This document shows, one piece after another, positions 1 to 9,240 of a stretch of 29,371 nucleotides of DNA. The DNA is taken from positions 1 through 29,371 of the IMG/VR virus record IMGVR_UViG_3300020185_000190. One strand, 5' to 3'. A program made the position numbers and the translations under genes. Each line of letters starts with the position of its first letter. The first letter of the stretch is position 1. The notes beneath the pieces are model-generated. The model made no database searches and was not told the DNA's origin. It saw only the letters and a program-made list of their open reading frames with translations. Origin of the DNA: a virus. Taxonomy: Duplodnaviria; Caudoviricetes.

Positions 1-1
1 T

Positions 2-32
2 AACGAATCAGTTTATAACTAAGTAGTAATCA
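2..32 (+). promoter_or_regulatory. Early promoter element (spacer CGAATCA plus -10 TATAAC); -35 lies outside the window
   Basis: AACGAATCAGTTTATAACTAAgTAGTAATCA matches 937-967 at 30 of 31 nt; lies upstream of the ORF at 51. Confidence 0.7.
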
Positions 33-50
33 GCGAAAAGGACTAACAAT

Positions 51-494
51 ATGGCTTATATTTCTCAGGACCGCAAAAAAGTAATTGCAAAAAATGTTAA
101 AACAGTATGTAAATCATATGGCTTTACTGGCCGAGAAGTAACTGTTGGCGTTGATAATCACAGTTCATTGGTTGTTAATCTTTGGGGTGGACCGCTTGAC
201 TTAATCGGCGATATCAATGCTCATAATTATAACGTTGCACAACGCTGTGGTGAGCAGATTCGCTCTACTACTGGCAACTATCAAGTTAATCCTTACTGGT
301 GTGAGGAACATGCTGTTGATCCTGTTATCAAACGTTTCTTTGGTGACTTGCTTGCCGCTATCAAATCAACTGGTTACTACAATAACAGCAATTCACAAAT
401 TGATTATTTTGACCACGATTTCTATATTGATATCAACTGTGGCAAATGGGATAAACCATATAACTATCGCAATGAAATGAAAGAAGCCGCATAA
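51..494 (+). CDS. Conserved phage early hypothetical protein (possible large-polyvalent-protein-associated domain)
   Basis: 147 aa ORF, AAGGA RBS; C-terminal NNSNSQIDYFD..FYIDINCGKWDKPY resembles a family common in marine phages. Confidence 0.7.
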   Translation: MAYISQDRKKVIAKNVKTVCKSYGFTGREVTVGVDNHSSLVVNLWGGPLDLIGDINAHNYNVAQRCGEQIRSTTGNYQVNPYWCEEHAVDPVIKRFFGDLLAAIKSTGYYNNSNSQIDYFDHDFYIDINCGKWDKPYNYRNEMKEAA

Positions 495-664
495 TGAATA
501 CTCCAATCACTAAAAGTTTCCGAATGGAAGTGCAAAATTTTGCCCAGCAGTTAATCAATTCTGGCAAAGATGTTGAAACAGTGTATGACAAAGTAAGAGA
601 ACGATATGGTGATCTTGCTATACAACTTGTTGCAGACTGTTATTTCGAATTATCTAGGGTTTAA
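494..664 (+). CDS. Small hypothetical protein (56 aa, MNTPITKSFRMEVQNFAQQL...), absent from the ORF track
   Basis: Translated by hand; TAATG overlap with the upstream stop; fills the gap to the ORF at 667. Confidence 0.7.
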   Translation: MNTPITKSFRMEVQNFAQQLINSGKDVETVYDKVRERYGDLAIQLVADCYFELSRV

Positions 665-666
665 TA

Positions 667-918
667 ATGAATATTGAAAAACTACGAACCGAAGTAAAAA
701 AAGGTTATCCTATTTTTGTTGTATATACATCTGATACCAAAGAATTAGTAGACTGGTATCCTTTTGGCGAAAAGATGGCAAAAACTGCCGCCGAATCAAG
801 AAACAATAAATTTGGACCCAATACACATACTTATGGATCATGGCAGAATTATACAGTTGCATATAATAATCATCAGCGCCATCTTGCAGATTTGGCAGAA
901 CCTTGGAGACATCGATAA
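667..918 (+). CDS. Hypothetical protein
   Basis: 83 aa ORF in tight operon packing. Confidence 0.7.
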   Translation: MNIEKLRTEVKKGYPIFVVYTSDTKELVDWYPFGEKMAKTAAESRNNKFGPNTHTYGSWQNYTVAYNNHQRHLADLAEPWRHR

Positions 919-925
919 AAAATAC

Positions 926-967
926 TTGACATTACAAACGAATCAGTTTATAACTAACTAGTAATCA
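926..967 (+). promoter_or_regulatory. Sigma70-type early promoter with CGAATCA in the spacer
   Basis: TTGACA 926-931, 17 nt spacer, TATAAC 949-954. Confidence 0.8.
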
Positions 968-982
968 AAGAAAGAGAATCAA

Positions 983-1957
983 ATGTCAGTAGTTCAAATA
1001 ACAAACGGCTCATATCTTAATCAAGAAGTTACAGGTATTTTTCCTGTTGTATCTGAAATGAAAGTAGGCAAAGACGGCACACATTTTATTACAGTTGATG
1101 CTAGTGAAACCGAATTCAAACGTTCAAAAATTCGTGTCAAAGTTCAGCCTGAAAATGTAGAAACTATCTCGGTACACAATGAAACTGATGATGAAGTTAT
1201 GGATCGTATCGCAGAGCGTTTCTCTATATTAGACGAAATGACCGAAGCAACATGTGATGGTATTGTTCGCGGTATGGTCGTCAGTGGACCTCCAGGTATT
1301 GGCAAAACATACGGCGTTGAACAGATTCTTGAGAAAGATTCACTGTTTGATGTTATGGCTGATAACCCATTGCGTCACACGTTTGTGAAAGGTACAATGT
1401 CACCTATCGGACTGTATGCAATGCTTTATAAGTATTCAGACTCGAAGAACATTGTAGTCCTTGATGATTGTGATAGTATTTTGTTTGATGAAAATGCACT
1501 AAACATTCTTAAAGCTGCTCTTGATAGTGGAAAGAAGCGTTACATTTCTTGGAATTCTGACTCTCACTTCTTACGGCGTGAAGGTGTTCCAGATCGTTTT
1601 GAGTTTAAGGGCAGTGTAATCTTTATCACGAACTTGAAATTTGATAATGTTCGTTCAAACAAAATCAAAGATCACCTCGAGGCTATCATGTCACGATGTC
1701 ACTATCTTGATTTGACAATGGATTCAACACGTGAAAAAATCTTGCGTATTCGTCAAATCGCACGTGATGGCGGGTTGTTTGACCAGAAAGGGTTGACCAA
1801 AGAACAAGAACGTAGTGTAGTAGATTTTCTTGAAGAAAATCAGGCAAAGATGCGTGAAATTTCATTGCGTATGGCCCAGAAATTGGCAGACTTATGTAAA
1901 ATGAGCCCAAACCGCTGGCAGCGACTAGCAGAAACAACCTGTATGAAACGTGTATAG
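983..1957 (+). CDS. AAA+ family ATPase
   Basis: Walker A GPPGIGKT, Walker B IVVLDDCD, sensor-1 FITN, arginine-finger-like SRC. Confidence 0.85.
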   Translation: MSVVQITNGSYLNQEVTGIFPVVSEMKVGKDGTHFITVDASETEFKRSKIRVKVQPENVETISVHNETDDEVMDRIAERFSILDEMTEATCDGIVRGMVVSGPPGIGKTYGVEQILEKDSLFDVMADNPLRHTFVKGTMSPIGLYAMLYKYSDSKNIVVLDDCDSILFDENALNILKAALDSGKKRYISWNSDSHFLRREGVPDRFEFKGSVIFITNLKFDNVRSNKIKDHLEAIMSRCHYLDLTMDSTREKILRIRQIARDGGLFDQKGLTKEQERSVVDFLEENQAKMREISLRMAQKLADLCKMSPNRWQRLAETTCMKRV

Positions 1958-1976
1958 TGTGTATATTTAAATTTTT

Positions 1977-2006
1977 AAAACAGGCAGCAAATGGTGCCTG
2001 TTTTTT
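1977..2006 (+). terminator. Rho-independent terminator
   Basis: AAAACAGGCA-loop-TGCCTGTTTTTT. Confidence 0.8.
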
Positions 2007-2007
2007 C

Positions 2008-2036
2008 TTGACTCGAACCAGTAAAAGTGTTATTAT
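2008..2036 (+). promoter_or_regulatory. Sigma70 promoter with extended -10, predicted leaderless for the helicase
   Basis: TTGACT-17-TATTAT preceded by TGn; ATG follows 6 nt after the -10. Confidence 0.75.
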
Positions 2037-2042
2037 GTAAAT

Positions 2043-3488
2043 ATGAAAAAATGTACAATCTTAATTAAAGACGAAGTGAATGTGAAATTAGAAGGTCTTG
2101 ATCCTGCTACACGCCGCAAGTGCAGTGATAAACTAAAGTTTTTCTTGCCACATGCATACCATATGCCTGCTTATAAATTAGGACGATGGGATGGTACAGT
2201 ACGTTTCTGTGATGTAGGTGGCAGAACTTATTTAAATTTATTAGATGATCTTTTGCCTATCATTATGAGTTCTGGATATGAGATTGACATTGATGATAGG
2301 CGTGAACATACTACGCTAGAATTTGATACAATCAATGATGAATTTTGGGGTGATACATGTTGGCCCGAAGGACATCCAGCAGAAGGTGAACCTATTCGTC
2401 TTCGTGACTATCAGGTTGAGGTTGTTAATAAGTTTCTAGAATCACCACAAGCATTACAAGAGATTGCAACTGGTGCTGGTAAAACCATTATGACTGCTAC
2501 ACTATCCAAACTTGTAGAGAAATATGGAAGATCAATTGTTATTGTACCGAACAAAGACTTGGTACGGCAGACCGAAGAAGACTATCTAAATTGTGGGTTA
2601 GATGCAGGAGTTTACTTTGGTGATAGGAAAGATATTGGAAAAACCCACACCATCTGTACATGGCAATCCCTCAATTCCTTGCTAAAGAAAACTAAAAAAG
2701 GTGAAGACAACATCATGGACTTTATTGAGGACGTGAGTTGTGTAATTGTAGATGAAGTACATCAAGCAAAGGCGGATGTATTGAAAGATTTGTTAACAAG
2801 TGTATTTGCACGTGTTCCATTACGCTGGGGATTAACAGGGACTATTCCCAAGTCGGATCATGAGTTTGCCACTATAAGAGCCAGTCTAGGAGATATAGTT
2901 AATAGACTAGCAGCAAAAGATTTACAAGATATTGGTGTATTATCGAATTGTCATGTAAACATTGTTCAAACTCAAGAACCTCAGGCATATACAGATTATC
3001 AAAGTGAACTTAAATTTTTATTAGAGGACAAAAAACGACAAGAATATTTAGCCAACTTAATTAAAGAGATATCAAAAACAGGAAATACCCTAGTTTTAAC
3101 TGGGCGTATTAATTCAGGACAAGCATTACAAGAGCTAATTCCAGAAGCAGATTTTGTTCAAGGAGCAATGAAATCTGATGATAGAAAAACAGCATATAAG
3201 GAAATAAATGAAGGTACCAATTCAATCACTATTGCTACTTACGGTGTTGCCGCCGTTGGTATTAACATCCCTCGCATATTCAACATGGTTCTTTTGGAGC
3301 CTGGCAAGTCTTTTGTGCGGGTTATTCAGTCTATCGGTCGTGGCGTCCGTGTGGCAAAAGACAAAGATTTTGTTCAAATCTGGGACATCACAAGTAGATG
3401 TAAATTCTCAAAAAGACACTTGACAGAAAGAAAGAAATTCTATAAAGATGCTGAGTATCCATTCAGCATAGAAAAGGTAAAATACTAA
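2043..3488 (+). CDS. uvsW: SF2 DNA helicase, T4 UvsW-like
   Basis: LRDYQ, ATGAGKT, DEVH, GLTGT and QSIGRGVR motifs; N-terminal WDG motif typical of UvsW-like proteins. Confidence 0.85.
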   Translation: MKKCTILIKDEVNVKLEGLDPATRRKCSDKLKFFLPHAYHMPAYKLGRWDGTVRFCDVGGRTYLNLLDDLLPIIMSSGYEIDIDDRREHTTLEFDTINDEFWGDTCWPEGHPAEGEPIRLRDYQVEVVNKFLESPQALQEIATGAGKTIMTATLSKLVEKYGRSIVIVPNKDLVRQTEEDYLNCGLDAGVYFGDRKDIGKTHTICTWQSLNSLLKKTKKGEDNIMDFIEDVSCVIVDEVHQAKADVLKDLLTSVFARVPLRWGLTGTIPKSDHEFATIRASLGDIVNRLAAKDLQDIGVLSNCHVNIVQTQEPQAYTDYQSELKFLLEDKKRQEYLANLIKEISKTGNTLVLTGRINSGQALQELIPEADFVQGAMKSDDRKTAYKEINEGTNSITIATYGVAAVGINIPRIFNMVLLEPGKSFVRVIQSIGRGVRVAKDKDFVQIWDITSRCKFSKRHLTERKKFYKDAEYPFSIEKVKY

Positions 3489-3988
3489 TGAAAATACTGA
3501 CACCAGAAAATCACTGTTTTGAAATGAACAGTCTTCCAGAAGAAATAGAAGATATAAGATATTGTGTTATGGATGTAACTGATAAGAAAAATCCAGACTT
3601 CTTTTTCATTCCATTAGTATTTATTGAAACATTTAATGCGCCGAGTATTTCAATGACTATTGGCAAATTTAAAATTGAAATGCCACTTGACTGGAATATT
3701 CTAATTGGTCACCGAGAAATTGGTGATTTAGAATTTGTTCCATTAACAAGTATTAATGAACGTAGTTTTGATACAATCTTAACAAATCCATTAAGTGATT
3801 TTATGATGCAATGGGAAGAAATTAAAATCAATAATGTATTTGCAGATGTAAAATGGTTCTTTCCTAAACTAAAGTATGGTCACATTCTTGCAATTCCGCT
3901 TGAGCATGGTGACAAACCAAAGTGTGCGTATTTTGTTAAAGACCTGAACCGCATACCAGATGTATTAAGCAGTTATGATTTCTTTTGA
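3488..3988 (+). CDS. Conserved hypothetical protein coupled to the helicase
   Basis: 166 aa, TAATG overlap. Confidence 0.75.
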   Translation: MKILTPENHCFEMNSLPEEIEDIRYCVMDVTDKKNPDFFFIPLVFIETFNAPSISMTIGKFKIEMPLDWNILIGHREIGDLEFVPLTSINERSFDTILTNPLSDFMMQWEEIKINNVFADVKWFFPKLKYGHILAIPLEHGDKPKCAYFVKDLNRIPDVLSSYDFF

Positions 3989-4199
3989 TACATTACATCG
4001 TGTATTAATTGTTAATTACCAACATACAAAAAATGCGGTTGTATGGTGTGAGCAATCTTTAGAACCAGAAGAATGGAGTGTAGAATATTTTGAAAATAAT
4101 GATTGTTTTTACTTTACATCTAAGACAAAATGTGGTATGTTTATGTTTGTGAATGGTGGTAAATATATTGCGCCACCACGAGGAGTAGAGAATGGCTGA
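3975..4199 (+). CDS. Hypothetical protein
   Basis: 74 aa, overlaps both neighbours. Confidence 0.65.
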   Translation: MISFDTLHRVLIVNYQHTKNAVVWCEQSLEPEEWSVEYFENNDCFYFTSKTKCGMFMFVNGGKYIAPPRGVENG

Positions 4200-4671
4200 T
4201 AAACTTCCATTGAATGATGTTCTGAATGCTATTGATCGGCGTGATTATGATTGGTACTCTAAATTATCAGATGATGATAAAAAGAAGTGGAGTAGTTGGT
4301 TATTCTTACGCTATGCGAGTAGTGTGAAGGGATCTGGAGCAGGTGAAGCATTACTTGCGACAAATGACTTTGTAAATAAGCATTATACCGATTTGTATAA
4401 GCATGAAGAATTGATATGGAAGTTAATGTGCCTAACGGGTTCAGGTAAGAAGAAATACCATGAATGGATTAAACCTCCCACTGCGATTAAAAAGAAAGAT
4501 ACTATTACAGAGTTCTTATCTGAAGTAATGCCACATCTAAAAAAAGATGAAATAGAACTATATCGGTCTATAAATTCAGATGCAGATATAAAACGTCTTG
4601 CAATTGACATGGGAATAGATGATAAATCGATAGATGAAATTTTTGGTAAGAATAAAAGGAAAAAGAAATGA
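4192..4671 (+). CDS. Probable clamp-loader small subunit (T4 gp62-like)
   Basis: Size, context and pattern (LNAI...WLFLRYASS...N...K..HEWIK) resemble the phage clamp-loader A subunit; GGAG RBS. Confidence 0.55.
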   Translation: MADKLPLNDVLNAIDRRDYDWYSKLSDDDKKKWSSWLFLRYASSVKGSGAGEALLATNDFVNKHYTDLYKHEELIWKLMCLTGSGKKKYHEWIKPPTAIKKKDTITEFLSEVMPHLKKDEIELYRSINSDADIKRLAIDMGIDDKSIDEIFGKNKRKKK

Positions 4672-5081
4672 AGTGGTTCCATATTGAAAATAAACAAAAA
4701 TGGGGAATTAGTGAAATACAACATTTTATTAATGAAGAAACCAATACTGGATTGAGAATTGATACCAATTGGAAATGGGGTTCATTTGATATTGGTCATC
4801 ACACACACATTGAAGAAACAAGTGAACCTACAAATGTATACATGAAGTTTGATGAACCAATGGTTAATGCGTTGGATAGTGGCACGGATGAACTTATTTT
4901 TTATAATTTAAAAACGGGCGAAGAGTATGATGCAAGAGATTATCAAGAGTTTATAAATAATTATTATGATGAAGGTATCAACTATTTATTTGACAATGGA
5001 TTTGATGATGGAGAAGATTCTGAATTTTGGATAGAAGGTGGCTTTACTATAGAAGAAACAGAATGCCCTTATGAGTTTTGA
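4668..5081 (+). CDS. Acidic hypothetical protein
   Basis: 137 aa, ATGA overlap. Confidence 0.65.
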   Translation: MKWFHIENKQKWGISEIQHFINEETNTGLRIDTNWKWGSFDIGHHTHIEETSEPTNVYMKFDEPMVNALDSGTDELIFYNLKTGEEYDARDYQEFINNYYDEGINYLFDNGFDDGEDSEFWIEGGFTIEETECPYEF

Positions 5082-5745
5082 ATGTCAATACTGTAAACGT
5101 TCTTTCAAGCGTGAAAAGACTTTATCTGTTCACTTATGTGAACCAAAGCGCCGCTATCTTAATAAGGATGCTAAATATGTTAGACTAGGATATCTTGCAT
5201 ACAATAGATTTTATGCATTGACACAAGGATCTAAAAAAGATAAAACATATGATAACTTTGCATCAAGTAACTATTATACTGGATTTACTAAATTCGGAAG
5301 ATATATATTAGATATTAATGCTATAGATCCAGAAAAGTTTATTGACTTTGTTATTAATAACAGTGTGCATTTAGATAAATGGTGTAGCGACTCTGTATAT
5401 GAGACATATATTAGAGAGTTAAATAAAAAAGAAACTGCAGAACGAGCAATTGAACGTGGTATATTATTAATGCAACAATGGGGAAGAGAACATGATAGAC
5501 CGTTTAATGTATTTTTTAGGGAAGTCAGTAAGCCGCGTCTTATTCATTGGATTAAGTCAGGACGGATTAGCCCTTGGATTATTTTTAATTGCTATAGTTG
5601 CAGTGAGGCAATGGCAAATTTTAATGAACATGAGTTAAATTTAATAAATGAGAATTTAGAACCAACGTTCTGGTCTCGTAAATTCTCAAAACAATCAGAC
5701 GATGTAAAATTTGTTAATAGTATATTAGAAAGAGCAGGATTATGA
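5071..5745 (+). CDS. Zn-finger protein, possibly a gp59-like helicase loader
   Basis: N-terminal CQYCKRSF...HLC; C-terminal PRLIHWIKSGRISP loosely recalls gp59. Confidence 0.5.
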   Translation: MSFECQYCKRSFKREKTLSVHLCEPKRRYLNKDAKYVRLGYLAYNRFYALTQGSKKDKTYDNFASSNYYTGFTKFGRYILDINAIDPEKFIDFVINNSVHLDKWCSDSVYETYIRELNKKETAERAIERGILLMQQWGREHDRPFNVFFREVSKPRLIHWIKSGRISPWIIFNCYSCSEAMANFNEHELNLINENLEPTFWSRKFSKQSDDVKFVNSILERAGL

Positions 5746-5948
5746 GTACTACAAAAGTATTAGGCAAATTAGATGAATGGAAAACTGGAATAATAGAGGA
5801 TCCAGATACAGGTGAGTTAATTATACATTTGCCCGAACACATGCTTGCTACATTGGGATGGAATGAAAATACTGAGTTGGAATGGTATGAAGATTCTGAT
5901 GGAGCAATTGGACTTAGAAAAGTAAAAAATAGTGGGAAAAATATATGA
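5742..5948 (+). CDS. AbrB/SpoVT-like small DNA-binding protein
   Basis: GELIIHLPEHMLATLGWNENTELEW matches the swapped-hairpin pattern. Confidence 0.6.
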   Translation: MSTTKVLGKLDEWKTGIIEDPDTGELIIHLPEHMLATLGWNENTELEWYEDSDGAIGLRKVKNSGKNI

Positions 5949-6442
5949 AACTTATTACATACGATTGGTCAAAAATTAACTCTGCCGTGCAAGATATTGC
6001 AATGGATATGTACAAAGACAACTGGCGTCCAGACTATATTATAGGAATTACACGTGGAGGTCTCGTTCCTGCAGTTATGCTTTCTCATATGACTGAGATA
6101 CCAATGCATACATTATGTGTGCAACTGGCAGCAAATGGACTAGAAGAGAATACCGAAAGTAATTGTTGGATGGCAGAAGATGCATTTGGGTATGAAAAAG
6201 ATCCAAAGAATATCTTAATCTTAGATGATATAAATCGTGGTGGTGATGCGATGGAATGGATTATGAAAGATTGGCAAGCAAGTTGTTTGCCGTCAGACGA
6301 AAAATGGGGACAAATATGGCACAATAATGTTAGATTTGCAGCATTGCTCAGTAGTCCCAATTCAATTGTAGACACTGATTATTGGAGTCAGGAATTTTCA
6401 GATTCTGAAGAACGTTGGGTACAATTTCCATGGGAGACATGA
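5945..6442 (+). CDS. Type I phosphoribosyltransferase (Gpt/Hpt-like)
   Basis: IGITRGGLVPA, PRPP loop ILILDDINRGG, terminal WVQFPWE. Confidence 0.85.
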   Translation: MKLITYDWSKINSAVQDIAMDMYKDNWRPDYIIGITRGGLVPAVMLSHMTEIPMHTLCVQLAANGLEENTESNCWMAEDAFGYEKDPKNILILDDINRGGDAMEWIMKDWQASCLPSDEKWGQIWHNNVRFAALLSSPNSIVDTDYWSQEFSDSEERWVQFPWET

Positions 6443-6443
6443 T

Positions 6444-6905
6444 ATGATACCAGGTGCAGGAAAATATCCAATTGGCGCAATTACAGACTGGGATAATGAA
6501 ATTAAAAAACATATACCAGAAGAAAAAATAACTGAAACTGTTATTGATGATTTTGATGAATTTGTACTAAGTATTCAATCCGAAGACGATATCAATATGC
6601 AGACCACTATTGATAGTATCACATATAATACTCCATATATTACATCCAATACACAAAGTATATCTGGCACAATTGATGTTGGATTAGATTTATTCAGTTT
6701 CCATGATAACATAGAAACATATGAACAGAAGACAGAGCGCCGCCTTGAAACAATTGAAAAAAGATTATGTATTCTAGAACCAAAAAAAGATATGCTAGAA
6801 AAATACGTAGTATTACAAGATTTGTATAAGCAATACATGGCGGCAGAAGCATTGTTACAAGGTGATGATGATAATGATGCCAATGACGAGGATTTAGCAT
6901 ATTGA
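6444..6905 (+). CDS. Hypothetical protein with a C-terminal coiled coil
   Basis: 153 aa; RLETIEKRLCIL.P...LEKY..L..LY..Y. Confidence 0.65.
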   Translation: MIPGAGKYPIGAITDWDNEIKKHIPEEKITETVIDDFDEFVLSIQSEDDINMQTTIDSITYNTPYITSNTQSISGTIDVGLDLFSFHDNIETYEQKTERRLETIEKRLCILEPKKDMLEKYVVLQDLYKQYMAAEALLQGDDDNDANDEDLAY

Positions 6906-7213
6906 TGTCTGCCCTAATTCCTAAAAAAAATAGAACAAAAACATTACTAGATAAGTTACGAGTTCTCAGAGGTGAGATTAGAGACAGACGTAAATTCTTC
7001 TCAGACTTTAATGACGGAGAGTTTCTTAAATGGACTCCTGTTTCCAAAGATGGTATTATATTTGAAAAAGAACTTGTGCCAGGTAGTGGGATGTTGATAG
7101 AATTAATTGACTGGTGTAATAGCAATTGTGACGGATACTATGTAGCACATCGAGGCAATATATATTTCGAAGACAAAGATGATGCAGCAATGTTTATAAT
7201 GGTATGGAAATGA
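6905..7213 (+). CDS. Hypothetical protein
   Basis: ATG at 6905 overlaps the upstream stop (TGATG); C-terminal W...NC...IYFEDKDDAAMF..W resembles small phage proteins. Confidence 0.65.
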   Translation: MSALIPKKNRTKTLLDKLRVLRGEIRDRRKFFSDFNDGEFLKWTPVSKDGIIFEKELVPGSGMLIELIDWCNSNCDGYYVAHRGNIYFEDKDDAAMFIMVWK

Positions 7214-7419
7214 GCGGACAAAGACGTTGGTTAAAAATATGGGCAAGAACAGTTGGTATGCCGATTGGTCTTACCGATGAAGACAAGCCTGAATTTTTAC
7301 CTATTACACAAACAGATGTTCGCCGAGCATTAGCATTCAGAACATTCTGGATTATCTTGCATATTGTCACATGTTGTGCTATAATAGCAGGTAACGGAAA
7401 AACTCTAGGAATTTGGTAA
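7210..7419 (+). CDS. Small membrane protein
   Basis: ATGA overlap at 7210; hydrophobic C-terminal FWIILHIVTCCAII. Confidence 0.65.
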   Translation: MSGQRRWLKIWARTVGMPIGLTDEDKPEFLPITQTDVRRALAFRTFWIILHIVTCCAIIAGNGKTLGIW

Positions 7420-8006
7420 TGAAAATTCAAACTGATATTGATATTGATATTTTGGATAGAAATGCTATTCTGAGCCTAATTAAGCATGTTCCGGCTAGTA
7501 TTAAAAAGAATGGCATCTATACGAAACATAATAGTGGTGTATACGTATCTGCAATACCATATGATCCGGTGAGTAATCTAGCAAGTATTGAATATAAAGA
7601 AGCAGAAGAACGTGGTTACTTTAAATTAGATTTTTTGAATAATAGTTTATATGCCGGAATACATGATGAAGAACATTTATCTATATTGACAAATAGAGAA
7701 CCAATGTGGGAATTATTAGAGTACTCTGAAATTGTTGAACAGTTAGCACACGTACATAGCCATATTGATGTATTACGTGTATTAAAGCCAAGAAGTATTA
7801 TAGAACTTGCAGAAGTACTTGCTATAATTCGGCCTGCAAAAAGATATTTATTGAATAAGAGTGTAGATATTATTAAAGAAAATGTATGGACAAAGCCAGT
7901 AGATAATAGTTACTATTTTAAAAAGGCACATGCAATTGCCTATGCCGTAAGTATTGTTGTGCAACTTAATCTAATTTGCGAACAAGTTGAATCGACCGTC
8001 GTTTAA
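7419..8006 (+). CDS. Miniature DNA polymerase III alpha (DnaE)-like catalytic core
   Basis: Ordered DnaE motifs TDIDID, KHNSGVYV, GYFKLDFL, PRSIIELAEVLAIIRP and YYFKKAHAIAYA in 195 aa; TAATG overlap at the start. Confidence 0.8.
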   Translation: MKIQTDIDIDILDRNAILSLIKHVPASIKKNGIYTKHNSGVYVSAIPYDPVSNLASIEYKEAEERGYFKLDFLNNSLYAGIHDEEHLSILTNREPMWELLEYSEIVEQLAHVHSHIDVLRVLKPRSIIELAEVLAIIRPAKRYLLNKSVDIIKENVWTKPVDNSYYFKKAHAIAYAVSIVVQLNLICEQVESTVV

Positions 8007-8352
8007 TTCTTTTTTGTACAATATTATTTAAACTTGTCTCAGGACCCCACATAATCTGTACGTCTTTTGAGTTCATATTCATTATCCAATTTTTATATGG
8101 TAGAATTTGTGAACCTAAAAATAGATTAATTGGAATCAGTCTATTTGATTCCCACCACCATTGTTCTCCCAATTCAATAAATCCTTTTCTCAGTTCTGGT
8201 GTTGGTATATCTTCCCAGTTGTACAGAGATGTAATTACATTGTCTGTATTAATGAGAATACCAATATATTCTTTATAATCTTTTTTTCCATAGCGAACAC
8301 AAGAGAAAAACGGGTAGTTCTCTTGTATCCATTCAATTTTATCTGTATCCAT
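7966..8352 (-). CDS. Conserved hypothetical protein; the only credible minus-strand gene
   Basis: MDTDKIEWIQENYPFFSC...WWWESNRLIPINLFL; start moved to 8352 because a CATAAATA motif lies just upstream. Confidence 0.75.
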   Translation of the reverse strand: MDTDKIEWIQENYPFFSCVRYGKKDYKEYIGILINTDNVITSLYNWEDIPTPELRKGFIELGEQWWWESNRLIPINLFLGSQILPYKNWIMNMNSKDVQIMWGPETSLNNIVQKRIKRRSIQLVRKLD

Positions 8353-8357
8353 ATTTA

Positions 8358-8397
8358 TATTTATGTCTAATAAAAATTGTCGCTCTAAAGATAAATA
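8358..8397. promoter_or_regulatory. Divergent pair of late-type promoters
   Basis: CATAAATA on - (8365-8358) and GATAAATA on + (8390-8397), each 5 nt before an ATG. Confidence 0.7.
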
Positions 8398-8402
8398 CAA
8401 GT

Positions 8403-9227
8403 ATGATTAATGTAAATGTATTTCAGTATTATAGAGAAATAGAAGTGGTGTGCGTGGATAGCGTCGGCACTGCTGCAATGACGCCCTACCTAGGAAATAT
8501 GCCAATGTATGATGGACAACACAAATTACATAAGGGTATTGACAATACTCTTAGATTCAAAATAAAAGACACTGATAGGAAGCCTATTGATTTAACAGGT
8601 AAAACTATCATTTGGAAAATGTATGACAGAGAAAGCCGCGAAAATGTACTATTCCGATTTGCAGATATTACGAATGCAATTAAGGGACAAGCCTCTCTAT
8701 CAATATCCACCGCTGATACCATTATGCTACCTGAAGGATTCTATCAATTTGCAATGTATACAGTTGATGATGGTGTAGAGCAAATTATATATACTGACAC
8801 ATACGATAATGCAAAAGGAACTATAGAAGTTATTGATGATATATATCCTCAATTTGAAGACTCGCAAGAAACAACAACATTCTTTCCATCTACATTCGAA
8901 GAAAATGGCGAAACAATAGTTAAATATACTACAACCACATTTGATGGTAGTGGCAATACAATAAAATCAAAGTCACTGCATACAATCGCATTATATTTTG
9001 ATGGCATGACAGGAACAGTGAATATACAAGGTGATCTTTCAGTTCAGCCATCATTAAATGACAATGATTGGTTTGATCTTACTCCACAGTTATTTTATGA
9101 TAAAAATATTACTGTTAATAATGAAACAGGAGTACAGGCATATATGGTAAATGCTAATGTAAACTGGATAAGAATACGTTATACTGCTGCAAGTGGCTCT
9201 ATATCTAAAGTCATGATACGGAATTAA
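8403..9227 (+). CDS. Probable virion structural protein (BppU-like N-terminal domain)
   Basis: TLRFKIKDTDRKPIDLTGKTI pattern, beta-rich sequence, late promoter. Confidence 0.55.
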   Translation: MINVNVFQYYREIEVVCVDSVGTAAMTPYLGNMPMYDGQHKLHKGIDNTLRFKIKDTDRKPIDLTGKTIIWKMYDRESRENVLFRFADITNAIKGQASLSISTADTIMLPEGFYQFAMYTVDDGVEQIIYTDTYDNAKGTIEVIDDIYPQFEDSQETTTFFPSTFEENGETIVKYTTTTFDGSGNTIKSKSLHTIALYFDGMTGTVNIQGDLSVQPSLNDNDWFDLTPQLFYDKNITVNNETGVQAYMVNANVNWIRIRYTAASGSISKVMIRN

Positions 9228-9240
9228 AAGAGAGAGACAA

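Noticed and set aside
7419-8006. dnaE pseudogene or intein/intron-split fragment
   Set aside because: Motifs from across the catalytic region are all retained in one intact, translationally coupled ORF, with no flanking dnaE remnants or splicing elements seen.
8353-8400. ORF-track N-terminal extension of the minus-strand gene
   Set aside because: Covers the divergent promoter region; 8352 is the better start.
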